This document shows, piece after piece, positions 10,458 to 21,129 of a DNA stretch of 64,000 nucleotides (position 1 is its first letter; the number at the start of each line of letters is the position of its first letter). Below the pieces are notes generated by a model. The model searched no databases, was not told the DNA's origin, and saw only the letters and a program-made list of their open reading frames with translations. Where the stretch lies: the NCBI GenBank assembly GCA_963833985.1, contig CAWIAD010000002.1, positions 704,001 through 768,000 of the forward strand, given 5' to 3'. The position numbers and the translations under genes were made by a program. This DNA comes from an uncultured Planctomycetaceae bacterium (GTDB lineage Bacteria; Planctomycetota; Planctomycetia; Isosphaerales; Isosphaeraceae).

Positions 10458-10599
10458 ACGCTTGCCACCAACCGATCCGCGCGAATCGCTGAACAGGACC
10501 AGGAGCAACCTGGCAGGGCTGGCCAGGCCATCCCTGGCGTCTACCTGGAAGATCTTTGCTTCGACGCGCAGCAAGCGGCTGAGAAAGCCATCAAGGTGA
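10447..10599 (+). pseudogene. Truncated, frameshifted HEPN domain gene
   Basis: Overlaps the MNT stop; reads PPTDPRESLNRTRSNL, then in another frame PGVYLEDLCFDAQQAAEKAIK, then breaks off. Confidence 0.75.
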
Positions 10600-10737
10600 T
10601 GGGAGCGGGAGGCAGACTTGCTAGACGCCCATCCCCGTTTGACGCGAGAAGCTATTCAGGCTGCACTCGCCTACGCGGCAGACATCCTGGTCCACGAAGA
10701 AACCGTGGAACTCGAACCGGCACCGGGTGATGCCTGA
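10600..10737 (+). pseudogene. C-terminal fragment of a DUF433-family protein
   Basis: Manual translation EADLLDAHPRLTREAIQAALAYAADIL...; no start codon or N-terminal half. Confidence 0.6.
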
Positions 10738-10940
10738 GCTGACGACGAGCAGGAATCGTCCGGTTCAGACGGATGTGTGGTGCAACCTTGTGAGCCATGG
10801 TCAGCAGGGCGATAATGACGGGGTTCTGCGGGCTTCGCCGGTCGCTCGACGTGTGAGCGAGCCATCGCACCGTCCGGCGCCCCTGTCGAAACCCGCAGGC
10901 GAGGTCCGTGACCGATTCCTTGAAGGGAGGAGGCACTGAG

Positions 10941-12263
10941 ATGCGGTCGCCACGGCGGCATTTCCTGTTCGGATCATTGGCAGCCCTGGCCGCGGAAGGC
11001 GCCGGGGCCCGTGCGGCTGCGGCCAACGAACGGGTCGTGGTCGGCTTCATGGGTGTGGGCGGACGAGGACGCGACCTGCTGCGACGCTTCAGCAAGCGGG
11101 ACGATGTTGAAGTGGCCTACATCGCCGATGTCGATTCCCGGCGCCTGCCTGAAGCGGCCTCCGAGGCCGCACGATCGAGTGGACGGGTACCAAAGACAGT
11201 TCAGGACGTTCGCCATGTGCTCGATGACAGGGCCGTCGATGCCCTGGTGATTGCCACGCCGGATCACTGGCATGCGCTGGGGACTGTCTGGGCCTGCCAG
11301 GCTGGCAAGGACGTCTACGTCGAGAAGCCAACCAGCCACAGCATCTGGGAATCTCGCCAGATGGTCCGCGCCGCGAGGAAGTATGAGCGCGTTGTCCAGG
11401 TTGGCACGCAGTGCCGCAGCGCGTCGTATGTGCAGGGGGCCATCGAGTACATCAAGTCCGGACAGCTTGGCGAGGTCCACTTCGTGCGCGTGCTCAACAG
11501 CAAGCCGCGCTCGAGCATCGGCAAGCAATCCAACAAGCCGGTGCCGGCCGGCGTCGACTACGACCGCTGGCTCGGCCCCGCGCCTTCCCGACCCTTCAAC
11601 GAGAACCACTTTCACTACGCCTGGCACTGGTTCTGGAATTATTCCGGGGGCGACATCAGCAACGACGGCGTGCACCAGATCGACCTGGCCCGCTGGGTCA
11701 TCGACCGCGCTTATCCCAAAAGCGTCTATTCCACCGGCGGCATCCACTTCTTCAAGGACGATCAGGAGACACCGGACACCCAGGTGGTGAGCTGGGATTA
11801 CGACGGCCTGACGATGGCCTTCGAGCAGACCCTCTGGACCCCTTACCAGCAAAAGACGCCGTTCAACCTGCGGGACCGCGATGAGCTGCCGAAGTGGCCG
11901 TTCAGCGGCACGCGGATCGAGATCTTTGGCAGCAAGCGCTGGATGATGCTCGGGCGGCACGGCGACGGCTGGGAGGTGTTTGACAAGGACTTCCGCTCCG
12001 TCGCCCACCAGTACGGCCGCCAGGCGGACGACCTCCACATCGGCAATTTCGTCGACTGCATCCGCTCACGGAAGCGGCCGAATGCCGATATCGAGCAGGC
12101 GCACCTTTCGACCTTGCTCTGCCACTACGGCAACATCGCCTATCGCGCTGGCCGAAAGCTGGTCATCGATCCTGCCACCGAAGGGTTCGTTGGCGATGAT
12201 GAGGCGAACGCACTGGTGGAGCGGACGTACCGGGAGCCCTATGTCGTGCCTGAAATTGTTTGA
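10941..12263 (+). CDS. Gfo/Idh/MocA family oxidoreductase with Tat signal
   Basis: GGAGGAGG RBS; RRHFLFG, VGFMGVGGRG, IATPDHWH, GKDVYVEKP. Confidence 0.9.
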   Translation: MRSPRRHFLFGSLAALAAEGAGARAAAANERVVVGFMGVGGRGRDLLRRFSKRDDVEVAYIADVDSRRLPEAASEAARSSGRVPKTVQDVRHVLDDRAVDALVIATPDHWHALGTVWACQAGKDVYVEKPTSHSIWESRQMVRAARKYERVVQVGTQCRSASYVQGAIEYIKSGQLGEVHFVRVLNSKPRSSIGKQSNKPVPAGVDYDRWLGPAPSRPFNENHFHYAWHWFWNYSGGDISNDGVHQIDLARWVIDRAYPKSVYSTGGIHFFKDDQETPDTQVVSWDYDGLTMAFEQTLWTPYQQKTPFNLRDRDELPKWPFSGTRIEIFGSKRWMMLGRHGDGWEVFDKDFRSVAHQYGRQADDLHIGNFVDCIRSRKRPNADIEQAHLSTLLCHYGNIAYRAGRKLVIDPATEGFVGDDEANALVERTYREPYVVPEIV

Positions 12264-12294
12264 ATTCAGGTCTTCTGGACTGGGGTGACAGACC

Positions 12295-12927
12295 GTGGCA
12301 GGACCAACTCCACCAGCCAGCAGGGGGCCCGTGTTGACTGGTGTGGAACTCGAACTGGGAATGCCCAGGCGTGCTCGTGAGTGCCTGATCCGGGCTCTCG
12401 GTTCGTGCTTCATCGTGCTGGCCGCGGGCACGACGATCCTGGGACTCGTTGCGCTCGTCCATGGGTTCCTCAAGGCGACGCTGATCGAGCAAGCTCCAGA
12501 TGAGACCCTCCGCACCGTGGTTCTTATCGGAGTCCCACTCGTTGTCTCGTTACTACTTGGCTGGCTGCAATTCCGTCTGGGACAGGGGCTGCGGAAGCTC
12601 ACTCCGCTGGCTCGATCGGTTGCACTGGTGTTGCTCGTGCCGGCCTGCGTGCCGCCTCTGGTGGTCTTCTTCCATGCCGTGCGTGCGGGTGCCCTGCCGG
12701 AGGCGGCACTGTCGCTTCTGGGGCTGGCCGTACTTGCCGGAGCGTCCCTCCTGCTGGGCTCGGCCGGGACGGATTGCCTCTTCAGCCCCGAGTATCGTGC
12801 CATTTCCCGCGATCCGCCCCACTTCTTCCCGAACACCCATCCGGGACTTGCGATTCTGTTCCGTGTTCTCATCATGGTTATCGGCACGATCGTGGCGATT
12901 CTGATCCTTGCACGCAACCGCTCATGA
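12295..12927 (+). CDS. Hypothetical multi-pass membrane protein
   Basis: About five hydrophobic segments; start codon uncertain. Confidence 0.6.
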   Translation: MAGPTPPASRGPVLTGVELELGMPRRARECLIRALGSCFIVLAAGTTILGLVALVHGFLKATLIEQAPDETLRTVVLIGVPLVVSLLLGWLQFRLGQGLRKLTPLARSVALVLLVPACVPPLVVFFHAVRAGALPEAALSLLGLAVLAGASLLLGSAGTDCLFSPEYRAISRDPPHFFPNTHPGLAILFRVLIMVIGTIVAILILARNRS

Positions 12928-12962
12928 GCCGGGTTCGGACCTCGTGCTGAGAGATACTTGCA

Positions 12963-13586
12963 ATGCCCGTTGTCGAGCAACAGACGCAAGGAAGATGGCG
13001 TATCGGAGCGATGATTGTCATCGCCTGCCTCGTCGCGGCCGTCTCGTATGGCCTCTCGATTGTGTTGCACCGTCGGGCGGTCGCGGAAGTCAACGCGGCC
13101 CGAATTCTCATGGTCCAGGGTAACTGGCCCGCGGCCATTGAGCATCTTGACCGGGCGATCGCGAACGATGCGTTCCTGCTTGATGCCCACATGCTGCGGG
13201 CAACCGCCATCAACAAGGACATGTCTGAGACCAACTATGCGCTCGTGCTGCAATCCAGCGCCAAGGCAGTCGCCGACACGGATTACGTCCTGAGATTTCA
13301 GCCGGGGTCTGGAGACGCCCATTATCAGCGGGCGATCGCGCTGCGGACCGCGCGAGGACTCCATCAAGCGCGGGATGAGTTCACGCGGGCCATCGCATTG
13401 CTGGACGACCCGACCGATGCCCTGGCGGAAAGGGCCGGGATCTCATTCGTGCTCCAGGACTACGAAGCGGCTGAGAAGGACATTTCGGCGGCCATCGACC
13501 GGCGTCCGCAGGTCCCCGAGTATCTTGAAACCCGCGAGTTCTACCGCCGTTTTCTGCGCGTCCACCAGCGTGCTGCTGGGAGGTGA
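12963..13586 (+). CDS. Membrane-anchored TPR-repeat protein
   Basis: N-terminal TM segment; TPR-like helices (AIEHLDRAI, DAHYQRA, EFTRAIAL, DISAAI). Confidence 0.75.
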   Translation: MPVVEQQTQGRWRIGAMIVIACLVAAVSYGLSIVLHRRAVAEVNAARILMVQGNWPAAIEHLDRAIANDAFLLDAHMLRATAINKDMSETNYALVLQSSAKAVADTDYVLRFQPGSGDAHYQRAIALRTARGLHQARDEFTRAIALLDDPTDALAERAGISFVLQDYEAAEKDISAAIDRRPQVPEYLETREFYRRFLRVHQRAAGR

Positions 13587-13625
13587 GAATCACCAGCGTG
13601 AGCCGCCCTTGCGAGAGTGCGCGGC

Positions 13626-13880
13626 TCAAGGCCCTGGGTGAGTTCCCGGGCGGGTGCAGTCGACCACGTAGCCGACGACGAGGATGGAGACGCTGCCCGC
13701 GAACAGGAGGATGAGTGCACCGGCAAGCCGGAACTGGGGATCGGGCAGGTTGTTGGCGGCCAGCCACGGCCCCAGCTCCTCGACGTCGAGGACCGTATCG
13801 CCGAACGCCTCGGTGGTGGCCAGCACTCCAGCGAGGATCCGGCTCACGAGCCAGGGAAGATCACGGAGTCTTGCGACCAT
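13626..13880 (-). CDS. Small membrane protein, possibly a DoxX-like remnant
   Basis: LVSRILAG and a second hydrophobic segment; GAGG upstream of ATG; weak evidence. Confidence 0.3.
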   Translation of the reverse strand: MVARLRDLPWLVSRILAGVLATTEAFGDTVLDVEELGPWLAANNLPDPQFRLAGALILLFAGSVSILVVGYVVDCTRPGTHPGP

Positions 13881-13893
13881 CAGCGCACCTCAT

Positions 13894-15213
13894 TCAGCGT
13901 GTTCTGTAGTCAGAACGACCCCCGGATGGAGACGGCCAGCGGCACGGCTTCACGAGTCTTCGGACAGCTCGTCCTCGGTTTCCTGGGCCGCGGCGCTCGC
14001 GGTCCGAACTTGCTCGAAGATTGCGCCGCAAGACCCCGAGCTTGTCGTTGCCAGTGATGTATTGACGATAAGGAAGAACCAGCTTCATGAGCTCGGCATC
14101 GCCCGGTCCCAGGCTGTCGACGGCCTGCTTGAGGATTTCGAGAAAGCGGTCGAGCCCCTCGTCCGGGAAGCGAGCGCGCGCCAGCAGCATTCTGAGTTGG
14201 GGCAGGGGAGAGAGTTGCAAGGCCACCGTACCCGACGAGCCAGGGGCCGCGTTGCCGGAGGCATTTCGCGATGACTGCACCAACGCCGTGCCTCGATCGC
14301 TGACCGGACTGAACTCGCGATCACGATCTCTGTCCCGGGGGCGTGCCAGTTCGGCCTCGCGCGTGCGTAGGGATTCAGCACTGTCGCGTGGTCGGTGCGC
14401 CGCTTCGATGGCGCCAACGAGCTGCTCCTGGGCCTCCGCGACGTAGGCCAGCCAGTCGGTGGTATAGTCTTGCCGGAAGGCCTCGATATAGCCGGGCTCG
14501 TACTGCCGCGAGAGCCACTTGAGCTGGTGGAAGACGCGATGCCCCAGCGCCTGAAGGTCCTCGCTGGTTTCGCTGTCGCGATCATGAGCGGCCTGATAAC
14601 AGCGGAACCGGCCAATCCAGACCTTGAGCCTGGCATACTGCTCCAGCTTGCCGAGCGCGGCGAAGCTGTTCAGACCGGCATCGACCTCGTGCGCCAGGAG
14701 CTGGAGCTGCCCGCCCGGGAAGTGCCCTTCGGCGTCCCAGAGTAGCCGATCCAGGTCCGAGAATTGCTCGGCGAGCTCCGGCTGAAGCCGGTCGAGCTCG
14801 CGGCGGAGCTGGCGGTACAAATCCAGCGCCGTGCGAAGCTCGCGGCGCGCTTCCTCGACTTCCCGCGTCACTTCCTCGAGATCGGTCCGCGCCTGCTGTC
14901 GCGTCCGCTCGATCTCCGTCTGCGACGTGGCGACAAGCTGCTCCGCGTCGGTCTGCGATTCCAGAGACGACTTGAACTGAGCCAGCTTTCGTACAAGGTC
15001 CTTGAGCAAATGCTCGTCCGTGTCTGCCTGCTCGATCGCTCGCAAGCTTGCCGGCCGCACCACGCGCATTCGTTCCACGGCGCGCCGGGCCGCCAACTCG
15101 GTCGCACGAAACTGCTCGGCCGCCTGCTGAGTCTCTCCTTCGATCTTACGCGCCCGGGTCTTCGCTTCGGCCTGGCGGACTACCTCCGCAAGCCGTTCCA
15201 GAGATGGAGTCAT
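13894..15213 (-). CDS. Hypothetical coiled-coil protein
   Basis: Long ORF with coding-like codon usage and an E/R/Q/A-rich heptad N-terminal half; the 3' end may be frameshifted. Confidence 0.7.
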   Translation of the reverse strand: MTPSLERLAEVVRQAEAKTRARKIEGETQQAAEQFRATELAARRAVERMRVVRPASLRAIEQADTDEHLLKDLVRKLAQFKSSLESQTDAEQLVATSQTEIERTRQQARTDLEEVTREVEEARRELRTALDLYRQLRRELDRLQPELAEQFSDLDRLLWDAEGHFPGGQLQLLAHEVDAGLNSFAALGKLEQYARLKVWIGRFRCYQAAHDRDSETSEDLQALGHRVFHQLKWLSRQYEPGYIEAFRQDYTTDWLAYVAEAQEQLVGAIEAAHRPRDSAESLRTREAELARPRDRDRDREFSPVSDRGTALVQSSRNASGNAAPGSSGTVALQLSPLPQLRMLLARARFPDEGLDRFLEILKQAVDSLGPGDAELMKLVLPYRQYITGNDKLGVLRRNLRASSDRERRGPGNRGRAVRRLVKPCRWPSPSGGRSDYRTR

Positions 15214-15516
15214 GATGGTCTCTTTCGCCCTTCCGGACATCCAAGAATGGCAGCCCCGGGCGCTCGCGATCCAAGGGTACCCGGCGGTTTGTTGCAAACC
15301 CACCGCAGCACTCATTTTGCACATCCAGGGCGGGGTGAAAATATGAAAACTCGTTAAGGATAAGGGCCGGGAAGCACCTGGTTTTTGCATCAGGCCTGGC
15401 CCATGTGCATGATACACCCGCGAGCGCCAAAGGAGAACCCAGAGGCGATCGGACGGTGGGTGTGACTGGTCATGAGCTGCCGCGATGCCAGCGCAGTTCG
15501 AGGGCGCGCCGCCACG

Positions 15517-15726
15517 TTACCTCATCTTGCTTTTGTTCTTGTTCCCGGGCGCGGGCCGCGCGGCCTTCGTCTTCGCGCTCTTGGGACTCGCGGCGCCCCG
15601 ATGGCCGGGAATCCCGGCATTGCCATTTTCCGGGCTGGCATCGCCACAGCCTGGGAGCCAGGTGCAAAGCACGGCAAGGGTCAAGAGCCACGCGAGCGTC
15701 CGCTTCAGGTCATTCTCAGTACGCAT
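15517..15726 (-). CDS. Small putative lipoprotein downstream of DUF1559 gene
   Basis: Signal peptide ending in lipobox LPGC; overlaps the DUF1559 stop. Confidence 0.6.
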   Translation of the reverse strand: MRTENDLKRTLAWLLTLAVLCTWLPGCGDASPENGNAGIPGHRGAASPKSAKTKAARPAPGNKNKSKMR

Positions 15727-16831
15727 CGGCGCTGATCACCTCGCCACTCTTGCGCGTTCCCAGGGCCCACCAGGTCTGAAGGTTGACCGAGTCCTTGATG
15801 AAGCGGACCGAGCCGTCGGCAAAGCAGAGGTTGACGCCCCCGGGATGCAGGCTGTTGGGCGAAGCCGTGCCGTAGATGTCCATCGAATACGTCTCACCGC
15901 CGGGCGGATTGTTCTCGCACTGGCGGCTGTTCGGCGGACCCACGTGGTTGTAATTGCTGGTCACGTAATCGGGAAAGCTGGTCCACCACTGGTAGCCCAT
16001 GTTCGAGCTTCCGGCCGGCGTGCCTGGCGGCAGGCCCTGGCATTGCATGAGGAATTGCTGGATGGCGGCCGGTGTGGGGGTGATGTTGGCGCCTGGAGAG
16101 GGGAAGAAGACCCGGTTTTCCGCGTTCTTGCCGCTGCCGGCCACCGGGTTGACGGCCGGGGGGGTGAGCATCTCGCTCCAGAGCGAGGTGTTGCTGGTCC
16201 CGTCGATCACGCTGGCAATCGTGACCGTCTGCGCCGTCGCGATCAGCGGATCGGTGTAGTCCCAGCCCGGATTCATGGAGGGAATGATCGTGCCCGTGTA
16301 TCCGCCCAGCACGAACGGACCACCGTAGTTTCCGCCGTAGTTCACCACGGTGATTTGCGTCGACTGCGACATCTCGCGGCCGTCGGACGGGCACAGGAAC
16401 GAACCGACCTGCGTGTTGAAGACCGTCGTATTGCCCCACCAGAGCGTCGGGCCACTGGCATCCGGCGGATACGATCCGTAGACCCCGAGCGCGGAGTTGT
16501 AGGCATTGTAGAGCGTCGTCTGCTCCATGAAGTTGAAGAGCTGCACCAGCGGACCGACTCCCCAGCCCCAGCACGCACCCAGGTTCCCGTTGCCACCATC
16601 GACCTGCGAACAAGGGAACAGCGAACCGGATGGGAAGCAGCCAAAGGTCGCCAGGTAATTATGTGTCGCCAGCCCCATTTGCTTGAGATTATTGGTGCAC
16701 TGAATCCTCCGGGCCGCCTCCCGTGCCGACTGCACGGCCGGCAAGAGCAGCGAGATGAGCACCGCGATGATGGCGATGACGACCAGCAGCTCGATCAACG
16801 TGAAACCGGACCGGCGCGGAACACGAGTCAT
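15716..16831 (-). CDS. DUF1559 family prepilin-type N-terminal cleavage/methylation protein
   Basis: [35 protein letters not shown]-terminal [16 protein letters not shown] (H-X9-DG). Confidence 0.95.
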   Translation of the reverse strand: MTRVPRRSGFTLIELLVVIAIIAVLISLLLPAVQSAREAARRIQCTNNLKQMGLATHNYLATFGCFPSGSLFPCSQVDGGNGNLGACWGWGVGPLVQLFNFMEQTTLYNAYNSALGVYGSYPPDASGPTLWWGNTTVFNTQVGSFLCPSDGREMSQSTQITVVNYGGNYGGPFVLGGYTGTIIPSMNPGWDYTDPLIATAQTVTIASVIDGTSNTSLWSEMLTPPAVNPVAGSGKNAENRVFFPSPGANITPTPAAIQQFLMQCQGLPPGTPAGSSNMGYQWWTSFPDYVTSNYNHVGPPNSRQCENNPPGGETYSMDIYGTASPNSLHPGGVNLCFADGSVRFIKDSVNLQTWWALGTRKSGEVISADAY

Positions 16832-16920
16832 GTTGTCTCTCCATTTCGGCTTCAAAACCGTGACCAGGATTATACCTGGCGGCGCTCTCTTTCAGCAGTC
16901 TGAGCGCCGCTCCGCCCGGT

Positions 16921-17352
16921 TCACTCGCTCCCTTTGAGCTTGAGCGTCTTGCCATCGCGCTCGCCCTGGAAATACCTCTCGAGCAGCCGTTCGAACACCG
17001 AACCCGGGGGCGATACGCTGGCGAACAACGTCGCGCACGACTTCAGTTTCATGTCGTCTGGCGAGCCGAAAATGTCGTGGGCGGACTTCCCCTGCACGGC
17101 GAGTGCCGATTCGCAGGTCTCGACCAGCCGCGGCCCCAGGACGGGATGAGAGAGGTAAGCCGTGGCCTCGTCGATGCTCTTGATGGCGTATCGCCTGGAC
17201 ATCGCGCTGAACCCCAGTCCGTCGATCTGAGGGAGAACGTACCAGATCCAGTGCGATCGCTTGCGCCCGGCTTTGATCTCGGCCAGTGCCTGGTTGTAAT
17301 CACGGGCCTGGGCTTCGACGAAGCGGTTCAGGTCGTGAGGATCGTCCGGCAT
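16921..17352 (-). CDS. DUF1810 family protein
   Basis: LNRFVEAQ, GRKRSHWIWYVLPQ, YLSHPVLGPRL, IFGSPDDMKLKSCATLF. Confidence 0.9.
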   Translation of the reverse strand: MPDDPHDLNRFVEAQARDYNQALAEIKAGRKRSHWIWYVLPQIDGLGFSAMSRRYAIKSIDEATAYLSHPVLGPRLVETCESALAVQGKSAHDIFGSPDDMKLKSCATLFASVSPPGSVFERLLERYFQGERDGKTLKLKGSE

Positions 17353-17472
17353 GATCCGCCTCCCGTCTGGTGTCTCAAGGTCCGCGATCTTGGAGAGCTG
17401 CTGCCTTCTCGATCGAGTCCATGGTCGCCGATCGCCGGCGGGGAAGCGAGCACAAAAGCGGCACCATCAGGA

Positions 17473-17574
17473 GCACAAAACACAAGAAGGCAGAAGAAGG
17501 GACAGGCAAGCCCAGCACACAAACACAAGAAAGGACAGGCAAGCCCAGCACACAAGAAGAGACGGGCAAGCCCA
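17473..17574 (+). repeat. Short imperfect tandem repeat (GACAGGCAAGCCCAGCACACAA, about 3 copies)
   Basis: Copies begin at 17501, 17534 and 17561. Confidence 0.75.
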
Positions 17575-17713
17575 ATACCGTTGAAATAGCGTCAACGAAA
17601 AGGGGCAGGAGGCTTGTGACAGACTTGTTCCCACGCTCTGCGTGGGAACACCGGTCGGGACGCTCTGCGTCCCATGGATTTCCGAGCCTCGGTACGGGCC
17701 CAATCGACGCGGA

Positions 17714-19362
17714 GAGGCTGTGATTTTTTCGGAGATCCCCATTGTACTGAAAATGTGATCATGATATAATTCAGAACAGCGATGGCCCTCCGTCCTGCTG
17801 GCGTTTGCACCCACTCATCCCCGCGAGGCTCCCGTGACAATCCTCCCCCTGCTGCCGGACAACCTCCCCGAGCCCACCCCCGAGCAGGCCGCCAACACGC
17901 CCGGTCGGGGCAAACCCAGGCTTCGGGTCCCGCACCGCGATCAGGTTGAATTCACCTGGACCTCGCTCGACGATCGCCTCGATCCCGACTCTCAGGCCCG
18001 CGTCGTCTGGACCATGGTCTGCCGCCTGGACCACGACGCCTGGCTCGCCGACATCAAGGCCGTCGAGGGCCACGTCGGCCGCGACGCCACCGACCCCCGG
18101 TTGCTGGTCGCGCTCTGGGTGTTCGCCACCCTCAAGGGGGTCGGCAGTGGCGCGAGCTGGAACGCCTCTGCAAGAACCACCTCGCCTACCAGTGGCTCTG
18201 CGGTGGCGTCTCGGTGAACTACCACATGCTCGCCGACTTCCGCTCCCAGGGAGGCGAGAAGTGGGACGAAATGCTCACCCAGATCGTCGCCACGCTCATG
18301 GACGAAGGCTTGGTCACCATGGAGCGGGTGGCCCAGGATGGCATGCGGGTGCGGGCCGACGCCGGTAAAAGTTCCTTCCGCAGTGGGGAGCGGCTCAAGG
18401 AGTTGCTGGCCGAGTCCGAAGCACAGGTCCAGGCGCTCAAAGAACTGGCTGAAACCAACCCTGACGAACTGTCGAAACGGCAGCGGGCCGCCTGCGCGCG
18501 TGCTGCGGCAGAGCGTCAAGCGCGGATCGAGGAGGCGGCACGCCATTGCGAGGAGTTGCGGCAGAAGAAAGAGAAAAGAAACAAGGGGAGAAAAGAGAAA
18601 TCGTCCGAGGCGCGCGCGTCGACCACCGATCCGGAGGCGCGGAACATCAACTTCAGCGACGGCGGCTATCGCCCCGCGTTCAACGTGCAGTTCGCCACCG
18701 ACACGGCGACAGGCATCGTGGTGGGGGTGGACGTGACCAACGCCGGCACCGACAGCGAGGAAATGCCGCCGATGCTCGATCAACTGGAGACGCGTTACAA
18801 CGACGTGCCGGATGAGATGCTTGTCGATGGTGGGTTTGCATCTTTGGACGCGATTGATGCGGTCGAGGAGCGTGGCTGCAAGGTGTATGCACCGATCAAG
18901 GACCAGGAGAAGCAGAAGGAGGCGGGCAAAGACCCGTACGCCCGCAAGCCGCACGACACGGACAACACTGCGGCGTGGCGGGAGCGGATGGGCACGGAGG
19001 CGGCGCAGTTGATCTACAAGCTGCGGGCCCAGACGGCGGAGTGGGTTAACGCGATGTGCCGTAATAGAGGGCTTTGGCGGATGCCGGTGCGTGGCCGGAC
19101 AAAATGTCGGATCGTGGCGACGCTGTACGCGATCACGCATAATCTGATGCACCAGGGGAACGTGCGCGCGGCGGTCGCGGAGGGGCAGGGATGAGGTAAA
19201 AAGGGGTAGAAAACAGGCAGCGGAGGGCATTTTCGAGCCTCGATAGCGGAGAGAACACCCACAGGTGACGTGATCGCAGGGGAACTACCGCGACCCCGAC
19301 CCCTGATCAATCGACGCACGCCGATGGGAAAACCCGCCGTGCGGTCGAAAACTCACAGTCTC
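17714..19362 (+). mobile_element. IS1182-family insertion sequence
   Basis: Imperfect TIRs GAGGCTGTGATTTTTTCG / CGAAAACTCACAGTCTC enclosing a transposase. Confidence 0.8.
17834..19194 (+). CDS. IS1182-family transposase (frameshift near 18150)
   Basis: DPRLLVALWVFAT...YQWLCGGVSVNYHMLADFR, AQDGMRVRA, STTDPEAR, LVDGGF, YKLRAQTAEWVNA. Confidence 0.85.
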
Positions 19363-19395
19363 AGAGCGTCGCAGACGGCATTCCCACGCGGAGCG

Positions 19396-20976
19396 CTTGT
19401 CATTCCCGGAAAACTGCATCCATGCATATGCAATTAGTGGTGTACATGTGCATTGATTCTCGCGCGCTCAAGCTTTGCTCCCCTTACGAGGAGCCGGAGC
19501 ACCTTCATGCCGCGCCAGAGCGTGATCCAGCCGGGCATCCCGTCTCGTCGCCGGTTCATATTCCCACCGAGCCGCCCCAGGGCAAGCAACACGTCTGCCA
19601 CGGTCTTGAGTCCACGCTCGACCGCCAGACCGAGCACCTCCAGCTCGGGCTCCTCCAGGCCAGTGCTTGCCGCGGGAGCTCCCGGGAAGCCCTTGCCGAG
19701 CTCGCGCAGATCCAGCAGCCGAAGCGCCACCACGCTCATCACGGCGATCGCAGCGAACAATCGGTTGCCCCGCTCCAGCTGCAAATCCTCAGCCTTCATG
19801 CCCGTCTTGAGGCCCTTGTGAAACTCCTCGATCAGAAAGCGTGTGCCGTAGTCCATCACCACCATGATCGCAGCGCTGAAGCTCTCCGTCGGGCTGTCCG
19901 TGTAGAGCACCCATTCCAGCGGCGCGACGCCTTCAGGCGGGTCTTGCTCCCAGACCCGCACGAACCAGCCGTCGATCGGCTCGCCCGTGCCGGCCGCGCG
20001 GCCCGCACGCTCGGGTGCCCGCACGCGCACCGGACCACAACTGATCAGGAGCTTCGCGCGCGCGCGGCCTTACCATCGCGGCCACGCAGGTCCAGATACA
20101 TTCCCCCCACGGGCGCCACGCCCACGATGTGGTCGAAGACCAGCCCGAGCCGCTTACCATCGGCCGGATTGAGCAGAATGCGATTTTGACTGACCCGGAT
20201 CACGAAACCGTGGCCTGCCGCGCGACAGGACTCCATGTACTCATGAATATCTGCTTCTCGATCGGCGACGCGCACCCAGCGGACCTCCGGGTTCTCTGGT
20301 GCCGGGCCAATCCGCTTGCCCGACTCGAGCCAGCGATCCGACTCCCGATCCCGGATCTGCCGTTGCCGCGATCCGGCCTGTTTCGGCGTGTCGGGATCCC
20401 GCGGGATGCGGATGAGGTATTGCTGGTCGGCGAGCCCCAGGATCGTGACCGGGGGCCGACGACCGCTCGCATCAGGTACGGGCGACGAGTCGGCACGCAT
20501 CGCAAGGATGGAGTGGAGGAGAAAGCCCTGCTGTCCCGGCTCCGAGTCACCAATCGGCCCAAGCCCGGGTATTGGCTGCTTGCGATGAGAGAACGAGGGA
20601 AACGTGGTGTCTTCGATGAGGAGATATCGCCCCGGTTTGCGGAGTTCGGCCATCACCAGTCGGCGGTGAGTCGCCTGGATCGCATCGGGGACCACCTCGC
20701 GTTCGTCGAGGAGGTCATAGGTCGCGTTGATGTCGTACTTGCGGGTGAACAACTCGGGGATCATCTTCCCGGGTTGCTCAGCGAGGGCCTCCGCAAACGC
20801 CATGAGGCGATTCCTCCTGGTGCAATGGCCGAGCCTGATCCCGTCGAACTGCATCCGAGCCCATTGGGCGGGCGGGGACTGGTGGACTGACATCCCTGTG
20901 AACATAGTTGGCTCCATCCATGACCATGCTGGTAGAATCCAGCCAACCATGTTAACAAATTCGCGGGAATGACAAG
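19396..20976 (-). mobile_element. IS4-family (IS50/Tn5-like) insertion sequence
   Basis: Perfect 13 bp TIR CTTGTCATTCCCG / CGGGAATGACAAG; 9 bp target duplication CGCGGAGCG at 19387-19395 and 20977-20985. Confidence 0.92.
19434..20905 (-). CDS. IS4-family (Tn5-like) transposase (frameshift near 20060)
   Basis: LIEDTT, VADREADI, YGTRFLIEEFHKGLKTG (YREK motif), LGG...DGMPGWITLWRG. Confidence 0.9.
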
Positions 20977-21129
20977 CGCGGAGCGTGGGAACGAGGGAAA
21001 AACCTATGCCCGTACTCAACTTATCGCTATTTCAGCGGTATTGCGGGCAAGCCCATCACTCGAAGACGCCGCGGGGTGAGAGAATGCAATCCAGCCGTGC
21101 CGGGCAGTGTCGCGGGCGATCGATCTGGC

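Larger units (their letters stand above)
17624..20995. repeat. REP/REPIN-like palindromic element split into three pieces (17624-17713, 19363-19395, 20977-20995) by two IS insertions
   Basis: Left arm GTTCCCACGC-TCT-GCGTGGGAAC plus GGGACGC-TCT-GCGTCCC; the right arm reassembles to GACGC..GCGTC..GGCATTCCCACGCGGAGCGTGGGAACGAG. Confidence 0.8.

Noticed and set aside
17473..17574. Mini-CRISPR array
   Set aside because: Linkers are only about 5-11 bp and similar to each other.
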